Assembly: GCF_009914755.1 (NCBI RefSeq)
Contig: NC_060936.1
Length of the DNA stretch: 64,000 bases
From: the human T2T-CHM13v2.0 reference genome, Homo sapiens
Reading direction: 5' to 3' (one strand)
Positions 41,211-62,065 of the stretch are shown piece after piece; position 1 is the stretch's first letter, and each line of letters begins with the position of its first letter. The position numbers and the translations under genes are program-made. The notes under the pieces are model-generated. The model ran no database searches. It saw only the letters and a program-made list of their open reading frames with translations, and had not been told where the DNA came from.

Positions 41211-41491
41211 TGAGTCACCACGCCTGGCTTGTTATTCCTTAAATATTTAAAATATGTCAGCTAGGTGCGGTGGCGCATGCCTATAATCCCAGCACTTTGG
41301 GAGGCCAAGGCAGGCGAATCACTTTGACATCAGGAGTTTGAGACCAGCCTGGCCAATGTGGTGAAACCCCATCTCTACCAAAAAAAAAAACACAAAAACC
41401 CACAAATACTAGCCAGGTATGGTGGCAGTTGCCTGCAATCTTTTTCAAATTACAATATTTGTCATTTTGGACTAATGAGATCACTTAATCA

Positions 41492-41722
<231 letters not shown>

Positions 41723-41813
41723 TTATTTATTTCTTCATTTATTTATTTATTTTAGAGATGAGGTCTCACTCTATTGCCCTGGCTGGAGTACAGGTGCAAG
41801 CCACAGTGCCTAG

Positions 41814-42053
<240 letters not shown>

Positions 42054-42133
42054 TAATTCGCCTGCCTCAGACTCCCAAAGTGCTGGGATTACAGGCATGA
42101 GCCATAGCACCCGACTTTATATCACCTTCTTAA

Positions 42134-42601
<468 letters not shown>

Positions 42602-43177
42602 TAGTAACTTTGTGTGGAATTTAACACGATACTCTTCTGTTGCTCACATTTATGTAAATTTAATTTTTCTGAAAGATTTCTTCAGATGGCTTTCCTATGT
42701 AGACTGAGCTCCTTCTTCTGTCTGTCGTTTTCTGGTAGTGTTCAAAAACATGATGTCTTGCTCTCTGAGGCTCTCTACCTCTACCCCACTTTTGTCCAAA
42801 CCTCTTTCTTTGTCTTTATTGTCCATGTCCTACTAAGTTTTTGGGATTTTTGTTTTTTTTTTTAAGACAGTGTCTCATTCTGTCTCCCAGGCTCACTGCA
42901 GCTTTCGCCTCCCAGGTTGAAGCGATTCTCCTGCCTCAGCCTCTTGAGTAGCTGGGATTACAGGTGTGCAACATCACGCCTGGCTAATTTTTGTATTTTT
43001 TGAGAGATGGAATTTCGCCATATTGGCCAGGCTGGTTTCAAACTCCTGACCTCAAGTGATCTGCCCTCCTTGGCCTCCCAATGTACTAGGATTATAGGTG
43101 TGAGCCACTGCATCCAGCCCATGTCCTACTAAGTTGTTTTGTTTTGTTTTGTTTTCTTTAGATGGAGTCTCGCTTAG

Positions 43178-43318
<141 letters not shown>

Positions 43319-44515
43319 TAACTGAGTCACTCGAAGAACAATGAGAGGACACAGAGATGTTTAGTTGGAGAAAAGAAATGTAAGGGGAGCCACACATGGT
43401 GTCATGCACCTGTAGTCCCAGCTACCCAGGAGGCTGAAGCAGAGGGAGGGGGATCCCTTGAGTCCAGGAGTTCGAGGTCAGCTTGGGCAACATAGCAAGA
43501 CCCCGTCTCTAAAAATTAAAAATAAAAATATTTTAAAGGCTGAGCACAGTGGCTTACACCTGTAATCCCACTACTTTGGGAGGCCAAGGCAGGCAGATCC
43601 TCTTGAGCCCAAGAGTCTGAGAACAGCCTTGGCAACATAGAGAAACCCCATCTCTACAAAACACCTAAAAATTAGCCAAGCATGGTGGTGCACACCCGTA
43701 GTCCCACCTACTCGAGAAGCTGAAGTGGGAGGATCACTTGGGCCTAGGAGGTTGAGGCTGCAGTGAGCTATGATTGTGCCACTGTACCCCAGCCTAGGTG
43801 ACAGAGCAAGACCTTGTCTCAAAATAAAATAAAATAAAACAAAATTAAATTAAATTAAAAAGAAAACTAAAGGGGAAAAGAGAGACATTTTCAAAGATCT
43901 GAAGGATTGTTATATACAAGAGGGATTAACCAGAGGTTAGAATTAGACTTGCTTGGTAGAAGTTATAGAGAAACACAACTGGTCTAAAATTTTTCTTCCT
44001 TCTTCCTTCTTTCCTTTCCAATTATTTTATTTTTGATCACATAAAACATGAAAAAAATATAAAAAGTACAAAAGAATGTATAGTAAAGTCTTGCATTCAG
44101 TTCCTCTTCCTAGAGCCAGTTTCTTGTGTATCCTTCAAGATACATTTTAAGCATATATAAACATTTTTTTATTCTTTAAAAAGAATTTAATATGCTTTTA
44201 GATAATGAAAATATTTCTTATTCTTGTAGCAGCAGTCTTGCAATGACTGTCTCAGGCATTTCCTGTCCTGGAGCTATTCAGGGGAAATAGACAAGAAATC
44301 ATCTGAGGTATATTTTTTTCTCTCTTGCAAATTATTTGTTGAAAAAACTGGATTGTACCTCCTTCCCTGTTCCAGGTGAAAAAGAAGAAAAAAAGAAAAA
44401 AAAAATGGATTGTTGTCCTATAGAATTTCCTGCATTCTGGATTTTGCTGATCGTGTGGCATCTTTCCTCTGTCCTATGGATTTTTTGTAAATTGGTATTG
44501 GATTGAAAGGTTTGA

Positions 44516-44860
<345 letters not shown>

Positions 44861-45194
44861 TGAATCACTGCGCCCAGCCAGTGAGTTCTTCCATCAGAAG
44901 ACACATAATATCCGGTATCTCTTTTTGTGATGGTCACAACTCCGGATGCTCAAAGCCTAAATCTATAAACTCATCAGAAGTGGACAAATGGTTGGCTGGT
45001 TGGGGTGGCTCACACCTGTAATCCCAGCACTTTGGGAGGCCCAGACGGATGGATCACCTGAGGCCAGGAGTTCAAGACCAGCCTGGGAAAAAAAGTGAGA
45101 CCCCCATCTTTACAAAAAATAAAAAATTCAGCCTGTTTGTCGCAGCTACTTGGAAGGCTGAGATGGGAGGATCACTTCAGTCCGGGAGGTCTAG

Positions 45195-45299
<105 letters not shown>

Positions 45300-45663
45300 T
45301 GAGGTCGGAAGTTTGAGATCTGCCTAACTTGGAGAAACCCCGTCTCTACTAAAAACACAAAAATTAGGGTGTGATGGCGCGCGCCTGTAATCCCAGCTGC
45401 TCAGGAGGCCGAGGCAGGAGAATCTCTTGAACCTGGGAGGTGGAGGTTGCGGTGAGCCGACATCACGCCAAAAAAAAAAAAAAAATGGCACAAGAAGTAT
45501 GCTGAGGAAACAGGCGGATGGTGGTATTCTCTCATTACTCTCTTTTGTTTTTCTTCTATTTCTTTTATCTCTGCTTTGGTCTTTATTATTTCCTTCCTTC
45601 TACCACTTTTGAGTTTAGTTTGCTCGTCTTTCTCTAGTTTGAGATATAAAGTTGGATTACTGA

Positions 45664-46268
<605 letters not shown>

Positions 46269-46641
46269 TGATATGTTGTGATTTCATTTGCATTCATCTC
46301 AAAGTATTTTCTAATATTCTTTGTGATTTCTTCTTTGACCCACTGGCTTTCAACAGATTGAAAACAGAAAACCAAAAGTTTGGTTATTTGAAAAAAAATC
46401 AATAAAATTAGCAAACACTTAGCTAAGAAAAAAGAACACAAATAATTAAAATCAGAAATAAAAATGAGACTGGGCATGGTGGCTCACACCTGTAATCCCA
46501 GCACTTTGGGAGGCCAAGGCGGGTGGATCACAAGGTCAAGAGATTGAGACCATCCTGGCCAACATGGTGAAACCCCGTCTCTACTAAAAATACGAAAATT
46601 AGCTGGGTGTGGTGGCACGTGCCTGTAATCTCAGCTACTCA

Positions 46642-46812
<171 letters not shown>

Positions 46813-46939
46813 CTAACAATATGAGAGGTGAAGGCAGGAGGATCATTTGAGCTCAGGAGTTGGAGTTCAGCGTGCACAACATAGTGAGACCTTGTCTCTA
46901 TACTATAAAAATAAAAAATAGACCAGGCGCGGTGGCTCA

Positions 46940-47098
<159 letters not shown>

Positions 47099-47239
47099 TC
47101 AAAAATAAAATAAAATAAAAAATAATAAAAATAAATAAATAAAAATGAAGACATTACTACCAACCATACAGAAATAGAAGGGACTATAGGAAAATACTAT
47201 GAGTATTCAAACGAAACCCTGGTTTCAACACTCCAGTAT

Positions 47240-48722
<1,483 letters not shown>

Positions 48723-48809
48723 ACTATATATAGGAAATTCCAAAGAATTTATAAGAAAGCTATTAAAGTTAAATGAATTCAGCAAAGTTGCTGTTATGAG
48801 ATCACCACA

Positions 48810-50915
<2,106 letters not shown>

Positions 50916-52557
50916 TTCAAATTCATATGGAATTAACCAGGGATCCAGAAAAGCCAAAACAACCTTGAAAAAGAACAAAGTTGGGTAACTCACACTTCCC
51001 AATTTCAAAACTTACTACAAAGCTACAGTAATCAAAATAATGTGTAACTGGCATATAAATAGACATATAGACCAACAAAATAGAATTGAGAGTCCAGAAA
51101 TAAACCCATATGTCTATGGCCAATTAATTTTCAACAAGGGTGCCAGGACCACTCAATGGGGAAAGGATAGTCTCTTCAACAAGTGATGCTGCAACAACTG
51201 GACATCCACATGCAAGGGAAGGAAGCTGGGCCCCCATTCACACCATATATAAAATTAACTCAAAATGGACCAAAGAGTTAAATCATAAAACTTAGGAGAA
51301 AACATAGGGGTAAATCTTCATGACTTTGAATTTGGCAGTTAATTTTTTCTTTTCTTTCCCTTTTTTTTTTTTTGTCACTCCAGCTTTCTTTCAATTGGCA
51401 GTTGATTCATTCTTTGTTTTTTCTTTGAGACAGAGTCTCGCTCTGTTGCCTGAGCTGGAGTACAGTGGCGCAATTTCAGCTCACCGCAACCTCCACCTCC
51501 TGGGTTCAAGCGATTCTCGTGCCTCAACCTCCTGAGTAGCTGGAACTACAGGCGCATGCCACCACACCTGGCTAATTTTGTACATATTTGGTAGAGACGG
51601 GGTTTCACCATGTTGGCAAGGCTGATCTTGAACTCCTGACTTCAGGTGATCTGCCTGCCTCGGCCTCCCAAAGTGCTGGGATTACAGGCATGAGCCACCG
51701 TGCCCGGCTTCATTCTTAAATATGACACCAAAAGTATAAGCAGCAAAAGAAAAAAATAGATAAATCAGATTTCATCAAAATTAAAAACTTAGCCAGACAT
51801 GATGGCATGTACCTGTAGTCTCAGCTACTCAAGAGTCTGAGACAGGAAGATCACTTGAGCCCATTAAGTTCAGGCCAGCCTGGACAAAAACAAAATTTCT
51901 TTATAAATTAAAAAGGCCAGGAGCAGTGGCTCATGCCTGTAATTCCAGCACTTTAGGAGGCTGAGGCAGGAGGCTTACTTGAGCCGAGTTTGAAACCAGC
52001 CTGGGCAACACAGTGAGATACCATCTCTAAAAAAATAAAATAATAATAGTAATAATAAATACAAATTTAAAAAAAAATTAGCCAGGCATGGTGGTGGGTG
52101 TCTGTAGTCCCAGCTATTCAGGAGGCTGAGATGGGATGATCACTTGGGCACAGGAGTTTGAGGTTACAGTGAACTGTGATCAGGCCACTGCACTCCAGCC
52201 TGGGCAACAAAGACCCTGTCTCAAAAGAAAAAAAGAAAACAGGTATTCAAGCAAGTATAAATACTTGTGCAAAATGTTCACTGTAGCACCATTCACAATA
52301 GCCAAAAGGTGGAAACATCACAAATGTCCCTCTACAGACAAATGGATAAACAATTTGCGGTAGCCAGGTGCTCATGGCTATAATCCCAGCACTTTGTGAG
52401 GCCAAGGCAGAGGGATTGCTTGAAGCCAGGAGTTCAAGACCAGCCTAGGCAGCAAAGCAAGACCACACCTCTACCAAAAAAAAAAAAAAAAAAGGGCCGG
52501 GCGCAGTGGCTCACGGCTGTAATCCCAGCACTGTGGGAGGCTGAGGCGGGCGGATCA

Positions 52558-52935
<378 letters not shown>

Positions 52936-53384
52936 TTATTAAAAAAAAAAAAAAAAATTTGTGGAACCCAGTGGAATGTTATTCAGTCATAAAAAGGAAT
53001 GAAGTATTACTCATGCTACAACATAGATAAACCTTGAAAACATGCTAAGTTGAAAGAAGTCAGACATAAAAGATTACATATTGTATCATTCCATTTATGT
53101 AAATTATCCAGAATAGGTAAATCCATAGAAATAGAAAGACTGGTGTTTGTCAGAGGCTAGAAATAGGGGGAGATAGGGAGGAACTGTCTAATGGATATAG
53201 GGTTTTATTTTGGGATGACAAAAATGTTTTGGGCTGTGCAGTGGCTCATGCCTGTAATCCCAGCACTTTGAGAGGCTGAGGCGAGCAGATCACCTGAGGT
53301 CAGGAGTTTGACACTAGCCCGGCCAATATGGTGAAAACCTATCTCTACTAAAAATACAAAAATTAGCTGGGCGTGGTGGCACCA

Positions 53385-54252
<868 letters not shown>

Positions 54253-54290
54253 AAGCTTTGTTTTACCAGGCAAAAATAACTCAAAAGTGA

Positions 54291-54542
<252 letters not shown>

Positions 54543-55344
54543 TGAACTCCTGACCTTGCGATCCGCCTGCCTCAGCCTCCCAAAGTCCTGTGATTAGAGG
54601 CATGAGCCACCGCGCCCAGCCTAAGATGAGATTTTAATATGTGACAAAATTCAAGGGAAAAAGTTCAGGACAAAAGAGAAAGTGTTACATAATGGTAGAA
54701 TAAACAAGAAAGCAAGAAAATATAACCACTGCAAATGTACTTGCCAATATAGATTCAGAATATACAAATACCTCTTCTAAATCTTCTTGTAAACAAGAAA
54801 AAAGAAACACAATATACAAATAGTAATAGTTAACTTTATTGAGTACCTTTGATGTGTCAGGCACGTGCTATAGGCTTTATATTTGTTTGTTTGTTTGTTT
54901 TTTGAGACAGAGTCTCACTCTGTCGCCCAAGCTGGAGTACAGTGATGCGATCTCAGCTCACTGCAACCTCCGCCTCCCAGGTTCAAGCTATTCTCCTGCC
55001 TCAGCCTCATGAGTAGCTGGGACTACAGGCATGCACCACAATGTCTGGTTAATGTTTTTGTATTTTTGGTAGAGACAGGGTTTCACCGCATTAGTCAGGC
55101 TGGTTGCAAACTCCTGACCTCGAATGATCTGCCCGCCTCGGCCTCCGAAAGTGCTGGGATTACAGGCGTGAGCCACCAGGCCTGGCCTTACCTAGGATTT
55201 CTTTATTATTTTTGTATGATGTAGAGATGGGGAGTCTGGCTATGTTGGCTAAGCTGGTCTTGAACTCCTGGCCTCTGCAATCCTCCCACCTCAGTTTGCC
55301 CAAATTGTTTGGATTTCAGGCATGAACCACCATGCCTGGCCTTA

Positions 55345-55488
<144 letters not shown>

Positions 55489-55810
55489 TCATCAGCTAAG
55501 AGTAAGGAAAGATAAAGGGATGCTGGAAAACTGCAGAGATTGTTCATAAATAAAGCCTCCCTTCTTTCATTTATTCAGTCAGGACAGCACCCAACAGAGG
55601 TGGCCAGTTACTTGGCAGCTTTATCTACTGTGTATATCCGGGATGCTTAGCATGACGTGTCCCTAAGTGTTGAAGAATCCATCGCATCTTGGGATCTAGC
55701 TGAGAGGGAAGGGTTGGGGTTGGGAAAATAGCAATAGATACAGCTAGCGTTCATTGAATGCTTCTTAAAGGTTGAGCACAGTAATTCAGAGCTCCACCTG
55801 ACTTTTCTCA

Positions 55811-56124
<314 letters not shown>

Positions 56125-56142
56125 AATCCAATCAACAGTCTT

Positions 56143-58225
56143 TTTTTTTTTTTTTAAGGTTTTTTTTTTTTTAATTTATTTTTTTATTGATAATTCTTGG
56201 GTGTTTCTCACAGAGGGGGATTTGGCAGGGTCATGGGACAATAGTGGAGGGAAGGTCAGCAGATAAACAAGTGAACAAAGGTCTCTGGTTTTCCTAGGCA
56301 GAGGACCCTGCGGCCTTCCGCAGTGTTTGTGTCCCTGATTACTTGAGATTGGGGAGTGGTGATGACTCTTAATGAGCATGCTGCCTTCAAGCATCTGTTT
56401 AACAAAGCACATCTTGCACCGCCCTTAATCCATTTAACCCTGAGTGGACACAGCACATGTTTCAGAGAGCATAGGGTTGGGGGTAAGGTCACAGATCAAC
56501 AGGATCCCAAGGCAGAAGAATTTTTCTTAGTGCAGAACAAAATGAAAAGTCTCCCATGTCTACTTCTTTCTACACAGACACGGCAACCATCCGATTTCTC
56601 AATCTTTTCCCCACCTTTCCCGCCTTTCTATTCCACAAAGCCGCCATTGTCATCCTGGCCCGTTCTCAATGAGCTGTTGGGTACACCTCCCAGACGGGGT
56701 GGTGGCCGGGCAGAGGGGCTCCTCACTTCCCAGTAGGGGCGGCCGGGCAGAGGCGCCCCTCACCTCCCGGACGGGGCGGCTGGCCGGGCAGGGGGCTGAC
56801 CCGCCCACCTCCCTCCCGGACGGGGCGGCTGGCCGGGCAGAGGGGCTCTTCACTTCCCAGTAGGGGCGGCCGGGCAGAGGCGCCCCTCACCTCCCAGACG
56901 GGGCGGCTGGCCGGGCGGGGGGCTGACCCCCCCACCTCCCTCCCGGACGGGGCGGCTGGCCGGGCGGGGGGCTGACCCCCCAACCTCCCTCCCGGACGGG
57001 GCGGCTGGCCGGGCGGGGGGCTGACCCCCCCACCTCCCTCCCGGACGGGGCGGCTGGCCGGGCAGAGGGGCTCCTCACTTCCCAGTAGGGGCGGCCGGGC
57101 AGAGGCGCCCCTCACCTCCCGGACGGGGCGGCTGGCCGGGCGGGGGGCTGACCCCCCCCACCTCCCTCCCCGACGGGGCGGCTGATCGGGCGAGGGGCTG
57201 AACCCCCACCTCCCTCCCGGATGGGGCGGCTGGCCGGGCGGGGGGCTGACCCCCCCATCTCCCTCCCGGATGGGGTGGCTGCCGGGCGGAGACTCTCCTC
57301 ACTTCCCAGATGGGGTGGCTGCCGGGCGGAGACTCTCCTCACTTCCCAGATGGGGTGGCTGCCGGGCGGAGAGGCTCCTCACTTCTCAGACGGGGCAGCT
57401 GCCGGACGGAGGGGCTCCTCACTTCTCAGACGGGGTGGTTGCCAGGCAGAGGGTCTCCTCACTTCTCAGACGGGGCGGCCGAGCAGAGACGCTCTTCACC
57501 TCCCAGACGGGGTCGCTGCCGGGCAGAGGCGCTCCTCATATCCCAGATGGGGCGGCGGGGCAGAGGCGCTCCCCACATCTCAGACAATGGGCGGCCGGGC
57601 AGAGACGCTCCTCACTTCCCAGATGTGATGGCGGCCGGGAAGAGGCGCTCCTCACTTCCTAGATGGGATGGCGGCAGGGCGGAGACGCTCCTCACTTTCC
57701 AGACTGGGCAGCCAGGCAGAGGGGCTCCTCACATCCCAGACGATGGGCGGCCAGGCAGAGACACTCCTCACTTCCCAGACGGGGTGGCGGCCGGGCAGAG
57801 GCTGCAATCTCAGCACTTTGGGAGGCCAAGGCAGGCGGCTGGGAGGTGTAGGTTGTAGTGAGCCGAGATCACGCCACTGCACTCCAGCCTGGGCACCATT
57901 GAGCACTGAGTGAACGAGACTCCGTCTGCAATCCCGGCACCTCGGGAGGCCGAGGCTGGCGGATCACTCGCGGTTAGGGGCTGGAGACCGGCCCGGCCAA
58001 CACAGCGAAACCCCGTCTCCACCAAAACCAGTCAGGCGTGGCGGCGCGTGCCTGCAATCGCAGGCACTCGGCAGGCTGAGGCAGGAGAATCAGGCAGGGA
58101 GGTTGCAGTGAGCCGAGATGGCAGCAGTACAGTCCAGCTTCGGCTCTGCATGAGAGGGAGACCGTGGAAAGAGAGGGAGACCGTGGGGAGAGGGAGAGGG
58201 GGAGGGGGAGGGGGAGGGGGAGGGA
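56143..58225 (-). mobile_element. Full-length SVA retrotransposon (probably SVA_D-like)
   Basis: On the minus strand: CCCTCC/CCCTCT head (58185-58224), Alu-like domain (~57800-58130), GC-rich VNTR (~56690-57800), SINE-R (~56190-56690), poly(A). 15-bp TSD CCAATCAACAGTCTT at 56128-56142 and 58226-58240. Confidence 0.97.
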
Positions 58226-58396
58226 CCAATCAACAGTCTTATAAGTAGATACAACAGTGTATAAACAAGGAAACCAAGGAAGATTTTTCTCTTTCAGAAC
58301 TCGGACCCTGAATACCAGGTTGAGCTGGAGCTGAGTGAGTAATAAAATGAAAGGCCCTTTAATGTGGGGGAGGGTAGGTAGGAGTGGAGACCCTTA

Positions 58397-58798
<402 letters not shown>

Positions 58799-58837
58799 CT
58801 AGGTGTTGTGGCAGGCACCTGTAATCTCAACTACTCA

Positions 58838-58936
<99 letters not shown>

Positions 58937-59532
58937 TCAGGAGAATGCCTTGAACCCAGGAGGCAGAGGTTGCAGTGAGCTGAGATCACGCCATTGCACT
59001 CCAGCCTGGGTGACAGAGCGAGACTCCATCTCAAAAACAAACAAACAAATAAACAAAGTAGCCAGACATTTTGGTGCCCACCTGTAGACTCAGTTACTAG
59101 GGAGGCTGAAGTGGGAGAATCACCTGAGCCTGGGAAGTTGAGGCTGCTGTGAGCCATGATTGCACCACTGCACTCCAGCCTGGGTGACAGAGGGAGATCC
59201 TGTCTCAAAAAAAGGAAAAAAAGCCAGGTGTGGTGGCTCACACCTGTAATCCCAGCACTTTGGGAGGCTGAGGTGGGTGGATCACCTGAGGTCAGGAATT
59301 AGAGACTAGTCTGGCCATCACAGTGAAACCCCATCTCTACTAAAAATACAAAAAATTAGCCGGGCTTGGTGGCGCACGCCTGTAGCCCCAGCTACTTGGA
59401 AGCCTGAGGCAGGAGAATCACTTGAACTCAGTAGTGAGCTGAGATCAGGCCACTGCACTCCAGCCTGGGTGACAGAAACAGAACAAGATTCCGTGTCAAA
59501 AAAAAAAAAAGCAACAGACCAGAAGGCCATGA

Positions 59533-59670
<138 letters not shown>

Positions 59671-61540
59671 TAAGTAGCTGGGATTACAGGTGCCCACCAT
59701 CATGCCCAGCTAATTTTTGTATTTTTAGTAGAGACGGTGTTTCACTATGTTGACTAGGCTGGTCTCGAACTCCTGACCTCAAGTGATCTGCCCGCCTCGG
59801 CCTCCCAAAGTGCTGGGATTACAGGCATGAGCCACCGCGCCCAGCCGAATGTTTTGTTTTTTAAGATGGAAGATATCCCAGCACTTTGGCAGGCTGAAGC
59901 AGGTGGATCATTCCAGCTTGGGCAACAAGAGCGAAACTCTGTCTCAAAAAAAAAAAAAAGAAAAGAAAAAAAAAGAGAGAAAGAAACCCTAGGTAAAAGT
60001 CTGAGCCCCACCTCCCAATCACCTGATCACCTCAACCACTGTCACCAGGTGGATGACCTTGGAGAGGTCACACACTTCTAGTTCTGTAAAATGGGGAGTT
60101 ATATTGCCTAAATCATATAATTTTTATGTTAAGTGACACATTCTCTAAGGCACTAAGTTTGAGGACATACTTTGTAAATGAAATGATATATGGAAATGTT
60201 TGTATATGTTAATGGTTTTGTTGTTGCTATTATTATTATGACTACTATACACATGGTCTGGAGAAAGCCAACCTCCCCAAAGCGGAGATTCTCCAGTAGA
60301 GAACAGGCCCTCTAGGTTGCATATCAATAGGGAGCATGTTTAAGGAATGTTAGCCGGTAGTCTTTGCTAGGTGTGAGGGGTGAAATTTTTCTTTATCAAG
60401 GCTCAACTGTTTTCGAAGTCTTCAGGCTTGAAGTTCTGGAGAAAACAACTAGGCTCTCCGGGCGAGATCCCGAATACCAGTTTAAGGGATTTGAAATGCA
60501 AGGCCGTCTGGGACTCCACTGCCACGGATGGGCACCAGGCGGCGCCGGTCGGATCCGTCCCGGGACTAGCAGGGCTTTGGGCAGCAACCCGCAGGGAGCC
60601 CGACCGCCTCTGGCCAGGTCCGGGCAGCTGGTGGGGGAGGTTCCAGAGGTCCACGCCATTCGTGGACGCAGTCTCTAGTGTCCTCTCCGCGTCCCACTTC
60701 ACTGCCCCATCCCCTTTCCTGCGAGAGCCTGGACTTGGAAGGCACCTGGGAGGGTGTAAGCGCCTTGGTGTGTGCCCATCTGGGTCCCCAGAAGAGCGGC
60801 GGGAACTGCGGCCGCCCGGACGGTGCGGCCAGACTCCAGTGTGGAAGGGGAGGCAGCTGTTCTCCCAGGCGGCCGTGGGGGGCAGCAGAGGGGACGGCGA
60901 CAGGTGCGGGAGCCCCTCCCGGGGTAGAAGTGGAAAGGCGGGCTCCGGGGTCTGTTCCCAGGCTGGAAACCACCCCCGCCCCCCATCCAAATCCCCGGGA
61001 GAGGCCCGGCCGGCGCCGGGTCTGGAGGAGGAAGCGGCCAGAGACAGTGCAATTTCACGCGGTCTCTGTGGCTCGGGTTCCTGGGCTGGGTGGATGAATT
61101 ATGGGGTTTCGAGTCTGGGAGAAACTGAGGTGGCCTGGACGTGAGGCAAAAAACACCCTCCCCCTCAAAAACACACAGAGAGAAATATTCACATTCTGAG
61201 AGAAAATCCACCAAGTGAACCAACCGGCTAGGGGAGTTGAGTGATTTGGTTAATGGGCGAGGCCAACTTTCAGGGGGCAGGGCTTTGGAGAGCTTTCCAC
61301 TCCCTCATTCATTACCCTTCCCTGGATCTGGGGGCTTTCGGAATCTCGACCTCCCCTTGGCCTATCTCCTGCAGAAAAATTAGGGTGAGCCCCATCCTCG
61401 ATCTGCTCCGCCAAGTTGCGGGACCGCGGGGCGTGGCACGCTCGGGGCAGGCGGTCCGAGGCTCCGCAATCCCCACTCCAGCCTCGCGCGGGAGGGGGCG
61501 CGGCCGTGACTCACCCCCTTCCCTCTGCGTTCCTCCCTCC

Positions 61541-61568
61541 CTCTCTCTCTCTCTCTCACACACACACA
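61541..61568. repeat. Compound microsatellite (CT)8(CA)6 near the ERBB3 start region
   Basis: Read directly. Confidence 0.95.
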
Positions 61569-61696
61569 CCCCTCCCCTGCCATCCCTCCCCGGACTCCGG
61601 CTCCGGCTCCGATTGCAATTTGCAACCTCCGCTGCCGTCGCCGCAGCAGCCACCAATTCGCCAGCGGTTCAGGTGGCTCTTGCCTCGATGTCCTAG

Positions 61697-62065
<369 letters not shown>

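Noticed and set aside
56690-57800. GC-rich tandem array with many long overlapping ORFs, superficially CRISPR-like or coding
   Set aside because: It is the SVA VNTR: degenerate ~35-50 bp units without unique spacers and no cas genes; the ORFs reflect stop-poor GC-rich repeats.
60380-61223. 254-aa (+) and 174-195-aa (-) ORFs upstream of ERBB3
   Set aside because: Low-complexity CpG-island sequence, non-ATG start for the longest, no recognisable domain.
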